Both the position numbers and the translations under genes were made by a program. 64,000 nt of DNA from Gemmatimonadota bacterium (GTDB taxonomy: Bacteria; Gemmatimonadota; Gemmatimonadetes; Gemmatimonadales; GWC2-71-9), in NCBI GenBank assembly GCA_039591655.1, contig JBDHDE010000007.1:1-64000 (forward strand). Direction: 5' to 3'. Shown in pieces: positions 44,433 to 53,706 of the stretch. The notes under the pieces are model-generated. The model did no database searches and was not told where the DNA came from. It saw only the letters and a program-made list of their open reading frames with translations. Positions within the stretch are counted from its first letter, which is position 1. The number at the start of each line of letters is the position of its first letter.

Positions 44433-45182
44433 ATGGCCCTCATCACTACCCACGCCCTCGTGCTGCACGCGTTTCCCTACGGCGAGACGTCCAAGATCGT
44501 GCGCCTGCTCACCCGGGACCACGGTGTGCAGAGCGCCATCGCCAAGGGCGCGCTGCGGCCCAAGAGCAAGTTCGGAGCGCGGCTCCAGGTGATGAGCGAG
44601 GGCGTCGCACAGCTCTATCTCAAGCCGCAGCGCGATCTCCACACCCTGGCCGAGTTCGACGTCACGACCCAGCGCTCGGAGTTGGCGAAAGACGTGCCAC
44701 GCTACGCCGCCGCGGCGGCCCTCGGCGAGCTGATCATGCGGTTCGCGCCCAGCGAGCCCCACCCCGAGATCTACGACACGGCGGTGGACCAGCTCGACCG
44801 GCTGGCGAACGTGCCGGCCGCCGACGTGAATGCCGCGGCCCTGGCGGCCCTCTGGGCCATCGTGGGCACCCTGGGGTTCGCGCCCAGTGTGCACACCTGC
44901 GCGAGGGACGGCGGCACGCTGCCCGAGGGCAAGGCGGCCTTCTCGGTGGCGGACGGCGGCCTCCTGTGCGACACGTGCGCCCGGGGGACAGCGACCACGA
45001 CCCTCGAGCCCTCGGACCGGAAGGTGCTGGAGCGGCTCATCGCGGGCGCCAGCGAGGCCATCGGCCCGCTGAGCGAGCGCCACTCAACGGCCCACCGGCG
45101 CCTGCTGGTGCGGTTCGTCGAGCGGCACGTGGCTGAGGGCCGCGAGGTCCGGGCCCTCACGTTCTGGCAGGAGGTGGCGTGA
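44433..45182 (+). CDS. recO: DNA repair protein RecO
   Basis: YGETSKIV.L.T..HG, AKGA.RPKS, CxxD...CxxC zinc region. Confidence 0.93.
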   Translation: MALITTHALVLHAFPYGETSKIVRLLTRDHGVQSAIAKGALRPKSKFGARLQVMSEGVAQLYLKPQRDLHTLAEFDVTTQRSELAKDVPRYAAAAALGELIMRFAPSEPHPEIYDTAVDQLDRLANVPAADVNAAALAALWAIVGTLGFAPSVHTCARDGGTLPEGKAAFSVADGGLLCDTCARGTATTTLEPSDRKVLERLIAGASEAIGPLSERHSTAHRRLLVRFVERHVAEGREVRALTFWQEVA

Positions 45183-47074
45183 GCCGTCACGTCGTGGCGG
45201 GCACTGCCGGCCACGTGGATCACGGCAAGACCGCCCTCGTCAAGCTGCTGACGGGCACCGATACCGATCGGTGGGCCGAGGAGAAGCGCCGCGGCATCAC
45301 CATTGATCTCGGCTTCGCCCTGTTGGACCTGGGGAACGGGCTCACGGCCAGCATCGTGGACGTTCCTGGTCACGAGGACTTCGTGCGCAACATGGTGGCC
45401 GGGGCAACCGGGGTGGACGTGGCGCTCATGGTGGTGGCGGCGGACGAGGGGGTGATGCCCCAGACGGTGGAGCACCTGGCGATCCTGGAGTTCCTGGGGG
45501 TGGCTGCCGGCGTCGTGGTCATCAGCAAGGTCGACCTGGCGGAGCCCGAGTGGCTCGAGCTGGTGCAAGCCGACGTAGCGGAGCGGCTCGGGAAGTCGGC
45601 GATTCGGTGGGAGCCCGCCGTGCGATTCTCCGCCGAGACGGGGGAGGGCGAGGCGGCCGTGCGCGAGGCGTTGGCCCGCGCCGCCTCCCGGGCGGTGGAA
45701 CGGTCCGATGACGATCTCTTCCGTCTGCCAGTGGACCGCGTCTTCAGCGTGGCCGGGGCAGGCACTGTGGTGACGGGCACGAGCTGGAGCGGGTCGGTGG
45801 CTGCAGGGGAGGAGGTGCGGGTGCTTCCCGGCGAGGTGCGGGCCCGCGTGCGGAGCGTGGAGGTCCATGGCGCGGGGCGCGACCGCGCCGAGCCAGGGCT
45901 TCGCACCGCGCTGGCGCTCCCCGGTGTGAGCAAGGACGTGCTCGCCCGAGGGTGCGTGGTGGTGACCGACGAGGCGTGGCGGGAGAGCCGCTCGCTGGAC
46001 GTGATGATCACGCTCCTGCCCGAGGCGCCCCGGCCCCTCACCCAGCGCTCGCGCATCCGGCTCCACCTGGGGACCGCCGAGGTGATGGCGCGGGTGACTC
46101 CGGCGGCCGGCGAGATCGCGCCGGGAACGGAGGGACCGGCCCGCGTGCGCCTGGAGCAGCCCCTGGTCGCCCGGTGGGGGGATCGGGGGGTGCTGCGGTC
46201 CTATTCACCGGTTCACACCATCGGTGGCTGTGTCGTGATCGACCCATGGCCGCCGCCGCGTCCTCGCCGCCCGCAGCGCCTCGAGGAGCGGGCGGTGAGC
46301 GACCCCCCGGGGCGGGTCCGTGCCGCAGTGGAGATCGCCGGGGGTGGCGGGGTCGCCGTGGGCGATCTCAGCGTGCGCCTCGGTGTCCACCCCAGGAGCG
46401 AGGAAGAGGTCGTCGGCCGGGTGACCCGGGCGGGGGGGGTTCGGGCGGGGGAGCGACTCGTGACCCGGGCGGTCGTCGAGCGGACCCTGGGCGCAACCCT
46501 GGATGCACTCGCCGGGTACCACAGGGAGAACCCTCTGGCTCCAGGAATGCCGCTGGAGCTGCTGCGCTCGGCGGTGGAATCACCCCATCTCGCCGACCAT
46601 GCGCAGCAGTTGCTGGCCGGCGAGGGCCGGATCGCGGTGGAAGGCGGGACGGCGCGGCTGGCGGATTTCCGGCCGAGGCTGTCCCACAAGCAAGAGGCTT
46701 GGGGCGAAGCGATCGGTCGTGCCCTCGCCGAGGCGGGGTCTCAGGGGCGGACGGGTGCGGAGCTCGGCTCCATGGTGCCGCCGGACGAGGCCGTAGCCTT
46801 GGCGGAGTATCTTGTGCGCTACGGCACAGCGGCCCGCATAGGGAGAGATCGATATTTCCAGCGCGCAGCGCTGGAGCGGTTGCGTGACGAGATCGTGGAC
46901 GAGGTGAAGAGGTTGGGACACGCCACGCCGGCGCAACTCCGCACAAAAACCGGACTTACGCGGAAGTATCTGATTCCGGTGCTGGAGTGGCTCGACAGTG
47001 GCGGGTTCACCGTCCGCGAAGGCGACGTGCGACGGCTCGGTCCCTCTGCCGGGAAGCACCAGCTGGGCGGTTGA
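45179..47074 (+). CDS. selB: Selenocysteine-specific elongation factor SelB
   Basis: [34 protein letters not shown]-terminal winged-helix motif [14 protein letters not shown]. Confidence 0.95.
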   Translation: MSRHVVAGTAGHVDHGKTALVKLLTGTDTDRWAEEKRRGITIDLGFALLDLGNGLTASIVDVPGHEDFVRNMVAGATGVDVALMVVAADEGVMPQTVEHLAILEFLGVAAGVVVISKVDLAEPEWLELVQADVAERLGKSAIRWEPAVRFSAETGEGEAAVREALARAASRAVERSDDDLFRLPVDRVFSVAGAGTVVTGTSWSGSVAAGEEVRVLPGEVRARVRSVEVHGAGRDRAEPGLRTALALPGVSKDVLARGCVVVTDEAWRESRSLDVMITLLPEAPRPLTQRSRIRLHLGTAEVMARVTPAAGEIAPGTEGPARVRLEQPLVARWGDRGVLRSYSPVHTIGGCVVIDPWPPPRPRRPQRLEERAVSDPPGRVRAAVEIAGGGGVAVGDLSVRLGVHPRSEEEVVGRVTRAGGVRAGERLVTRAVVERTLGATLDALAGYHRENPLAPGMPLELLRSAVESPHLADHAQQLLAGEGRIAVEGGTARLADFRPRLSHKQEAWGEAIGRALAEAGSQGRTGAELGSMVPPDEAVALAEYLVRYGTAARIGRDRYFQRAALERLRDEIVDEVKRLGHATPAQLRTKTGLTRKYLIPVLEWLDSGGFTVREGDVRRLGPSAGKHQLGG

Positions 47075-47100
47075 CAAAACTCGCTGTGGTTGCGTAACTT
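47071..47100 (+). promoter_or_regulatory. Sigma70-type promoter overlapping the selB stop codon
   Basis: TTGACA (47071-47076), 18 nt, TAACTT (47095-47100). Confidence 0.55.
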
Positions 47101-47175
47101 ATGTCCTGGTGGGGACATACGCACTCGAGCCGAGAGGGGTACTAAAGAGCTCTTTCTGTCTGATAGGAGTTTGCC

Positions 47176-47601
47176 ATGCGGCACCTGGCCTGGGCGGTGG
47201 CGTCGCTCGGGCTCCTGATCGCTGCACCGGCGGTCGTACAAGCGCAGCAGGACACCGACGAACCATTGGTGCAGCTGCACAGGAACTACCCGAATCCGTT
47301 CAACCCGGAGACTACAATCCCGTTCACGCTCGATTTCGAGTTGTGGGCGGACGGCGATCCACCGGTAGTTAGTCTTCGGATCTACAACATCCTGGCGCAG
47401 TTGGTGGCCATACCGATTCTCCAAGGGTCGGGTGAGCTGATGGACAACGTGGCGCTGACGTGGAACGGAACGGGTGAGTACTCGGGGTACTGGGACGGCA
47501 AGGTCCTGAGTACGGGTAGAGATGCGGCGTCAGGAGTCTACGTCTACCAGTTGACGGTAGACGGACAGACGGTCACCAAGAAGATGACAATCGTAAAATA
47601 G
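47176..47601 (+). CDS. Small secreted protein consisting only of a FlgD-Ig / T9SS type A sorting-like domain
   Basis: Signal peptide (VQA-QQ), NYPNPFNPETTI, IYNILAQLV, WDGK, ASGVYVY, TKKMTIVK; SD GGAG. Confidence 0.85.
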   Translation: MRHLAWAVASLGLLIAAPAVVQAQQDTDEPLVQLHRNYPNPFNPETTIPFTLDFELWADGDPPVVSLRIYNILAQLVAIPILQGSGELMDNVALTWNGTGEYSGYWDGKVLSTGRDAASGVYVYQLTVDGQTVTKKMTIVK

Positions 47602-47640
47602 GAGTACGGCCGCACGAACAATTGATGTCAGATTTGCATG

Positions 47641-47676
47641 AGACGCGCCGGCGCAAGCCGGCGCGTCTGTCTTTGT
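47641..47676 (+). terminator. Intrinsic terminator
   Basis: 12-bp stem AGACGCGCCGGC-GCAA-GCCGGCGCGTCT followed by GTCTTTGT. Confidence 0.75.
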
Positions 47677-47709
47677 GGCGTGTTTTGCGCCATGAGGGCG
47701 CAGATCCGG

Positions 47710-47725
47710 CGGCACGGAGGTTGCT
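47710..47725 (+). promoter_or_regulatory. Putative sigma54 (-24/-12) promoter upstream of clpB
   Basis: CGGCACGGAGGTTGCT; one mismatch from TGGCACG-N4-TTGCW with exact GG-N10-GC spacing. Confidence 0.6.
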
Positions 47726-47858
47726 CTGGGAGAGGTGCTGGAAGTCGTTCGCTGTCAATAACTTATCTGCCGCGGTAGCGCCGTCCCCCAAATGGAGTGA
47801 TATAGGAACCAGCGGTGCCAAGCATCGCAGGCGAGTCCCAACAACAGATAGATAGAAG

Positions 47859-50498
47859 ATGATCAGACCCGAACGACTGACCGTGAAGGCCGGCGAGGCC
47901 CTGCAGCAAGCGGTGGCTCTGGCAAGCACTCGGGGCAACCCGGTGTCGAACGACGCGCACCTTTTCCTGGCGCTGTTGGATCAGGAGGAGGGCATCGTCG
48001 TTCCGGTGCTCCAGAAGACCGGCCTCAACGTCACCGAGCTGCGCGCCGAGGTGGAGCGGGAGCTGGAACGGTTGCCCACGCAGTCGGGCGGGGCCAGCCC
48101 GACGGTCTCCCGCGAGCTGAGCGACGCCCTGGACCGCGCCGAGGAGCTGGCCGGAGAGTTGGGCGACGCCTACGTCTCTACCGAACACCTGTTGCTGGGT
48201 CTGGTGGACACCAAGGGCGCCACTGCCAGAGAGGCCCTCTCCGCCCGGGGTGTGGACAAGGACGATCTGCTGCAGGCCCTCGACGCGGTACGCGGCAGCC
48301 ACCGGGTGACTGACGTGGACCCCGAAGGGAAGTACCGCGCGCTGGAGCGGTTCACCAAGGACCTCACGGAGCTGGCCCGGCAGGGCAAGCTCGATCCGGT
48401 GATCGGGCGCGACGAGGAGATCCGCCGCGTCGTGCAGGTGCTCTCGCGCCGCACCAAGAACAACCCCGTGCTCATCGGCGAGGCGGGAGTGGGCAAGACC
48501 GCCATCGTCGAGGGGCTCGCCCAGCGCATCGTGGACGGCGACGTGCCCGAGTCACTGGCGGGCAAGCGGATCATCGTGCTGGATATCGGCCAGCTCCTGG
48601 CCGGAGCCAAGTACCGCGGGGAGTTTGAGGAGCGACTGAAAGCCGTGCTCAAAGAGGTCATCAGCCAGGAGGGGAAGTTCGTCGTGTTCATCGACGAGCT
48701 GCACACCATCGTGGGGGCGGGTGCGGCCGAGGGGGCGGTGGACGCCTCCAACATGCTCAAGCCGCCCCTGTCCCGGGGCGAACTCCACGTGGTGGGTGCC
48801 ACGACGCTGGACGAGTACCGCAAGCACGTCGAGAAGGACAAGGCGCTGGAGCGCCGCTTCCAGCCGGTGTACGTGGGTGAGCCCAGCGTGGAGGACAGCA
48901 TCGCCATCCTGCGGGGCCTCAAGGAGCGCTACGAGGTGCACCACGGCGTGCGCATCACCGACAACGCACTGGTGGCGGCAGCCACACTGTCCGACCGCTA
49001 CCTGGGCGAGCGGCACCTGCCTGACAAGGCCATCGACCTGGTGGACGAGGCGGCGAGTCGGCTGCGCATGGAGATCGACTCGCTGCCCCAGGAGATCGAC
49101 GAGGTGGAGCGCCGCAAGCTGCAGCTCCAGATCGAGGAGCACTCCCTGGCGCGGGAGAAGGATAGGGCCAGCAAGGAGCGGCTGAAGGCGCTGCGCAAGG
49201 AGCTTTCCGAGCTGGAGGAGCAGGCGCAGGCGATGAAGGCGCAGTGGCAGGCTGAGAAGGACGCCATCACCCGCCTGCGGGAGAAGAAGGCGACGCTGGA
49301 GGACGCCCGGCTCGAGGCAGAGCAGGCCACTCGCGCGGGCAACCTGGAGCAGGCCGCCGAGATCTCCTACGGCAAGGTGCCGCAGCTCGAGCGGGAGATC
49401 GAGGAGGAGAAGCAGCGTCTCGCCGAAATCCAGCTCCACGGGAGCTACCTCAAGGAGGAGGTGGACGCCGAGGACGTGGCCGAGATCGTGGCCAAGTGGA
49501 CCGGCATCCCCGTGAGCCGCATGCTGGAGTCGGAGCGCGAGCGCCTCACGCACCTGGAGGGCGAGTTGCACCGCCGGGTCATCGGCCAGGAGGAGGCGGT
49601 GTCGGCGGTGTCCAACGCGGTGCGCCGCTCCCGGGCCGGCCTGCAGGATCCCAACCGGCCCATCGGGAGCTTCATCTTCCTCGGCCCCACCGGGGTGGGG
49701 AAGACCGAGACGGCGCGAGCCCTGGCGGAGTTCCTGTTCGACGACGAGCGGGCCCTGGTACGCCTCGATATGTCGGAGTACATGGAGAAGCACGCGGTGG
49801 CCCGCATGCTGGGCGCCCCGCCGGGCTACATCGGCTACGAGGAGGGCGGCCAGCTCACCGAGGCCGTCCGGCGCCGGCCCTACTCGGTGATCCTGTTCGA
49901 CGAGATCGAGAAGGCCCACCCCGACGTGTTCAATGTGCTGCTCCAGATCCTGGACGACGGACGGCTGACCGACGGGCAAGGGCGCACCGTGGACTTCCGA
50001 AACGCCGTCGTCATTATGACCTCCAACGTCGGCTCCCAGTGGATCCACGAGCACGGCGAGCGGCAGTGGAGCGAGGTGGAGACGGCGGTGATGGAGGCGC
50101 TGCGGGAGACGTTCAGGCCCGAGTTCCTCAACCGGGTGGACGACATCGTGGTGTTCAAGCCGCTCTCCCGCGAGGACCTCGGCCGCATAATCGATCTGCA
50201 GCTGGTGCGGGTGGAGCGGATGTTGGCCGACCGCCGCGTCAGGGTGGAGGTGACGCCGGAGGCGAAGGAGCTGCTGGTCGGCGAGGGCTACGACCCGGTG
50301 TATGGTGCCCGGCCCCTCAAGCGGGTGATCCAGCGCCGCATTCAGAACCCCCTGGCCCTGGAGTTGCTGGAGGGGCACTACGGCGAGGGAGACCTGGTGC
50401 GCGTGGTGCCTGCCAGCGATGGCCAGGGGCTGGCGTTCGTGCGGGTGCCCGGCAGTGAGGCAGGAGAGCGGGTGGAGCCTGTGCCGGTAGGGCCTTGA
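47859..50498 (+). CDS. clpB: ATP-dependent disaggregase ClpB
   Basis: Two AAA modules ([16 protein letters not shown]) with a long coiled-coil M domain, [22 protein letters not shown]. Confidence 0.97.
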   Translation: MIRPERLTVKAGEALQQAVALASTRGNPVSNDAHLFLALLDQEEGIVVPVLQKTGLNVTELRAEVERELERLPTQSGGASPTVSRELSDALDRAEELAGELGDAYVSTEHLLLGLVDTKGATAREALSARGVDKDDLLQALDAVRGSHRVTDVDPEGKYRALERFTKDLTELARQGKLDPVIGRDEEIRRVVQVLSRRTKNNPVLIGEAGVGKTAIVEGLAQRIVDGDVPESLAGKRIIVLDIGQLLAGAKYRGEFEERLKAVLKEVISQEGKFVVFIDELHTIVGAGAAEGAVDASNMLKPPLSRGELHVVGATTLDEYRKHVEKDKALERRFQPVYVGEPSVEDSIAILRGLKERYEVHHGVRITDNALVAAATLSDRYLGERHLPDKAIDLVDEAASRLRMEIDSLPQEIDEVERRKLQLQIEEHSLAREKDRASKERLKALRKELSELEEQAQAMKAQWQAEKDAITRLREKKATLEDARLEAEQATRAGNLEQAAEISYGKVPQLEREIEEEKQRLAEIQLHGSYLKEEVDAEDVAEIVAKWTGIPVSRMLESERERLTHLEGELHRRVIGQEEAVSAVSNAVRRSRAGLQDPNRPIGSFIFLGPTGVGKTETARALAEFLFDDERALVRLDMSEYMEKHAVARMLGAPPGYIGYEEGGQLTEAVRRRPYSVILFDEIEKAHPDVFNVLLQILDDGRLTDGQGRTVDFRNAVVIMTSNVGSQWIHEHGERQWSEVETAVMEALRETFRPEFLNRVDDIVVFKPLSREDLGRIIDLQLVRVERMLADRRVRVEVTPEAKELLVGEGYDPVYGARPLKRVIQRRIQNPLALELLEGHYGEGDLVRVVPASDGQGLAFVRVPGSEAGERVEPVPVGP

Positions 50499-50652
50499 AC
50501 GCTCGGGGGTAGACCTCACCGCCGCGAACTGCAGTTCGCCGGGCCTCCCATGTCTCCCGAGCTCCCGCGCAATCGGTCTTCCTCCAGTCGCAGGTCACCT
50601 CTCCCAACGCGCTGCACTGACTTCGCTCTGGTGAGGCCCACCCCCCTCGCTC
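50497..50652 (-). ncRNA. Candidate structured RNA or REP-like element (unassigned)
   Basis: 16-bp helix 50645-50630/50520-50505 closes fully only on the - strand through G-U pairs; further nested and outer stems. Confidence 0.4.
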
Positions 50653-50696
50653 TGCCCTATATTGTGACCGTCCCTACCTCGAGGATCCCGGATCCG

Positions 50697-51182
50697 ATGT
50701 GCGCTGCGCGTCCCAAGCGTCCCCCGCTCTCCGACAGCGACCGCCTCGGCATGGCAGCCGCGCTGGAAGAGGCGCACCTAGGTGGCGCCGCGGGTGAGGT
50801 ACCGGTGGGTGCCGCGGTGGTGGCGGACGGCCAGGTGGTGGGGCGGGGGCACAACGAGACGATCGAGCGGCGCGACCTCACGCAGCATGCCGAGCTCATC
50901 GCGCTCCGGCGGGCGCTGGAGGCGTTGGATGTCGACCGGCTGGACGGCGCCACGCTCTACGTGACGCTGGAGCCGTGCGCCCAGTGCGCCGGAGCTATCG
51001 TGCTGTCCCGGGTGGGGCGCGTGGTGTTCGGGGCGTTCGATCCCAAGGCTGGGATGGCGGGTTCCGTCGGTGACCTGCTGCGCCACCGCAAACTCAACCA
51101 CCGGCCCGAGGTGATGGGTGGCGTGATGGAGGAGGAATGCGGGGCGGTGCTCAGGGAGTTCTTTGAGGTGCGGCGGGATTAG
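50697..51182 (+). CDS. tadA: tRNA adenosine(34) deaminase TadA
   Basis: GEVPVGA, HAE, LYVTLEPC..C, GAFDPKAG, LNH. Confidence 0.93.
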   Translation: MCAARPKRPPLSDSDRLGMAAALEEAHLGGAAGEVPVGAAVVADGQVVGRGHNETIERRDLTQHAELIALRRALEALDVDRLDGATLYVTLEPCAQCAGAIVLSRVGRVVFGAFDPKAGMAGSVGDLLRHRKLNHRPEVMGGVMEEECGAVLREFFEVRRD

Positions 51183-51229
51183 GCAGATCTGTAGGATTCT
51201 CGGCACGGCAATGGAGGGAGGGCTGCGGG

Positions 51230-51859
51230 ATGAGCGCCAGACAGAAGATCGGCATCGCAATGCTCTGGCTCGGTATTGCCTACATGGTCGTCGTCGGTTG
51301 GCTCGCGGGTTGGTCCTTTGCCGCCACGTTCAGGAGTCAGACACTTGCTGAGGTCAACGAGACCGTCTGGGCATTGGGCGGCCCGCTGTTCTGGTCATGG
51401 GCATTCTCGGTTCCTGCGGGTGCGGTAATAGCTGGCGTTGGCCTCCTGCTCTTCGTCGATGTGAAGCGATCGCACGTCTGGATGTTCGGGGTGGGAATGT
51501 TCGTGACGTTGTCGTTGATCGCGCTGTTGCGCGGGATGCCACATTACCCACCGGTATATGGAGTCGTTGGGGGGCTGATCCTGGGGTTGTTCCTGCTGAT
51601 ACTGTGGCTCTGGGCCAAGAAGAGGCCGACTCTGAAGGGCTCTGCCGGGACCGCCGCCGACCTTCAACTCGCCGGTTATGTCTTTCTGATCATCGCAATG
51701 TGGCAGGCCTGCGGTACAACGGGGCAACAGTTCTATCAGGCCCTGTCCTCGGTTGAGTCGATTAGCCCCATCTCCTTGGTCCTCTATCTCGGATTGGGGT
51801 GGCTCCTAATCTTCCTGAGCCATTATATGGACTCGCGGAGTCAGGTGGGAATCGGCTAG
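51230..51859 (+). CDS. Hypothetical multi-pass membrane protein
   Basis: About six hydrophobic segments; codon usage visibly less GC3-rich than neighbours. Confidence 0.75.
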   Translation: MSARQKIGIAMLWLGIAYMVVVGWLAGWSFAATFRSQTLAEVNETVWALGGPLFWSWAFSVPAGAVIAGVGLLLFVDVKRSHVWMFGVGMFVTLSLIALLRGMPHYPPVYGVVGGLILGLFLLILWLWAKKRPTLKGSAGTAADLQLAGYVFLIIAMWQACGTTGQQFYQALSSVESISPISLVLYLGLGWLLIFLSHYMDSRSQVGIG

Positions 51860-52081
51860 ATTCAGCGGGATCCAGTCGTTACTTGTAACTCGTTGTCGCG
51901 TGAGGGGTTGGTAAGCTGGGGCCCGGTGCGCGGTCGGTAGCCCCTTGTCCTTCGGGAACCCAGGGGTACCTTCCGCGATTCCTGAATAAGACATTCCCAT
52001 TTACTTCGGTGGTGGTTGGGCGCTCACTCGCCGCTGCGGCGGCTGGAATTGTAGGCAACCCGTAGTCCAAGGAGACCTCCC

Positions 52082-52840
52082 GTGAAAGCACAACTTCGCC
52101 TCGCACTGGCGATCCCCCTCCTGCTGCTGTTCGCCGTCGCGTCGGCGAGCACCGTGGCGGCGCAACTGCCGGAGTCCCAAGTGAACATCGACCCGGAGCG
52201 CGTGGCCGTCGTGATCACTGACCCACAGAACGACTTCCTGAGTCCCGACGGTGTGACCTGGGGCGTCGTGGGCGAGAGCGTCACCGAGAACAACACGGTG
52301 GAGAACATCGAGACCCTGTTTCAGCTGGCCAAGCGCAACGAGTTCCCCGTGTTCATCTCGCCGCATTACTACTACCCGACCGATCACGGGTGGCGGTTCG
52401 AGGGAGCTCTGGAGAAGCTGATGCACCACATCGGCATGTTCGATCGGCAGGGTCCTCTGACGACAGAGGGATTCGAAGGGTCCGGCGCCGACTGGTTGGA
52501 GCAGTACAAGCAGTACATCGATGACGGTGAGACGGTGGTTTCGAGTCCTCACAAGGTGTTCGGCCCGGAGACCAACGACCTCGTGCTCCAGCTGAGGAAG
52601 CGCGGTATCGACCAGATCATCCTGGCCGGGATGTCCGCCAACCTGTGCACGGAATCCCACCTGCGTGAGCTGTTGGAGCAGGGCTTCGAGGTGGTGGTGA
52701 TCAAGGACGCGACAGCGGCCGCGAGGGTGGCAGAAGGCGACGGCTATCAGGCGGCTCTCGTGAACTTCCGCTACATGGCGAACGGGGTCCTGACGACCAG
52801 TGAGCTCGTGCAGCAGGTGGAGCAGCTTGCGATGAACTGA
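52082..52840 (+). CDS. Exported isochorismatase-family cysteine hydrolase
   Basis: Signal peptide; ITDPQNDF (Asp), SSPHK (Lys), GMSANLC (Cys) triad; SD AAGGAG. Confidence 0.88.
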   Translation: MKAQLRLALAIPLLLLFAVASASTVAAQLPESQVNIDPERVAVVITDPQNDFLSPDGVTWGVVGESVTENNTVENIETLFQLAKRNEFPVFISPHYYYPTDHGWRFEGALEKLMHHIGMFDRQGPLTTEGFEGSGADWLEQYKQYIDDGETVVSSPHKVFGPETNDLVLQLRKRGIDQIILAGMSANLCTESHLRELLEQGFEVVVIKDATAAARVAEGDGYQAALVNFRYMANGVLTTSELVQQVEQLAMN

Positions 52841-52850
52841 TGGCTCCGGC

Positions 52851-52888
52851 GGGGCCCCAGCCAGGCTCAGTGCCTGCCTGGGGCCCCC
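52851..52888. terminator. Hairpin between convergent genes
   Basis: GGGGCCCCAG-C-CAGGC-TCAGT-GCCTG-C-CTGGGGCCCC. Confidence 0.55.
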
Positions 52889-52912
52889 CAAGTGGTGTAT
52901 GAAGAATCCCCG

Positions 52913-53554
52913 CTAGTTCTTGTCATCCTCGAAGCCCTTCCAGTGCGTGCCGTCACAGAAGGGCTTGTTGCGTGAACCGCCGCAGCGGCACAGCGTGTAG
53001 TGCTCCTCTGACGCGCCTTCTCCCCGCGGCTCATTGGGAAGCGCCACACCTCCGGTAACCGCATAGGGGCCGTTGTGCGTAACCAGTATGGCGGGCTCCC
53101 GGTCCTGGTCCCTGTACTCCACACCGTCGATCGAGTAGCTGAGGGCGCCCGAGGGGCAATCGCGAACCCGCGCGATGATCGCCTCCTCGTCGGCGCCCTC
53201 GGGTTGGATCCAGGGCTCGACACCCAACCGGAACACCGATGGAAGCCCATCCGTGCACCGTGCTGCATGCGCACAGATACCGCGGTTGTCGTGGATCGTG
53301 AGGCGACCGACCTTGTAGTCCACGCGCTTGTCCCACTCACCGTCGGTTTCCTTCTTGCTCGAGAAGCCTACCTTCGCGTGGGTGCCGTCGCAGAACGGCT
53401 TGTTGCCGGAGCGGCCGCAGCGACACAAGGCGATCACTGGCTTGGTCTCGAGTTCCTGGCCCTTCGAGTTGGTGAGCCTCTCGATGCCGCGCACGATGTA
53501 CGGGCCGTTCTCGCTGGGTTCGATCCTCGGGTTGGGGCTGTCCGGAGGGCTCAT
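52913..53554 (-). CDS. Double-CDGSH iron-sulfur protein with a central divergent ferredoxin-like domain
   Basis: LCRCGRSGNKPFCDGTH and LCRCGGSRNKPFCDGTH flank CAHAARC...CPSGAL. Confidence 0.9.
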   Translation of the reverse strand: MSPPDSPNPRIEPSENGPYIVRGIERLTNSKGQELETKPVIALCRCGRSGNKPFCDGTHAKVGFSSKKETDGEWDKRVDYKVGRLTIHDNRGICAHAARCTDGLPSVFRLGVEPWIQPEGADEEAIIARVRDCPSGALSYSIDGVEYRDQDREPAILVTHNGPYAVTGGVALPNEPRGEGASEEHYTLCRCGGSRNKPFCDGTHWKGFEDDKN

Positions 53555-53644
53555 CGCGTCGATTCTCCTGCTGTGCGTCCATCCGAATAGTGGCACACAT
53601 TTGCGACGAACGCTATCCTGTTTAATGGGCAACCTGGGGCAGCA

Positions 53645-53679
53645 CGACGCCCCCACGATGCCAGACCGTGGGGGCGTCG
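53645..53679. terminator. 13-bp GC hairpin downstream of the ECF trio
   Basis: CGACGCCCCCACG-N9-CGTGGGGGCGTCG. Confidence 0.55.
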
Positions 53680-53706
53680 CTGGAGGGGAAGGCGGCCCAG
53701 AAGCCT

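Noticed and set aside
48552..50519. 655-aa minus-strand ORF
   Set aside because: Antisense shadow of clpB
50497..50652. Calling the clpB-tadA element SRP RNA, 6S RNA or tRNA-Sec
   Set aside because: No SRP helix-8 motif, no clear 6S central bubble, no UCA anticodon arm or T-loop; kept as unassigned
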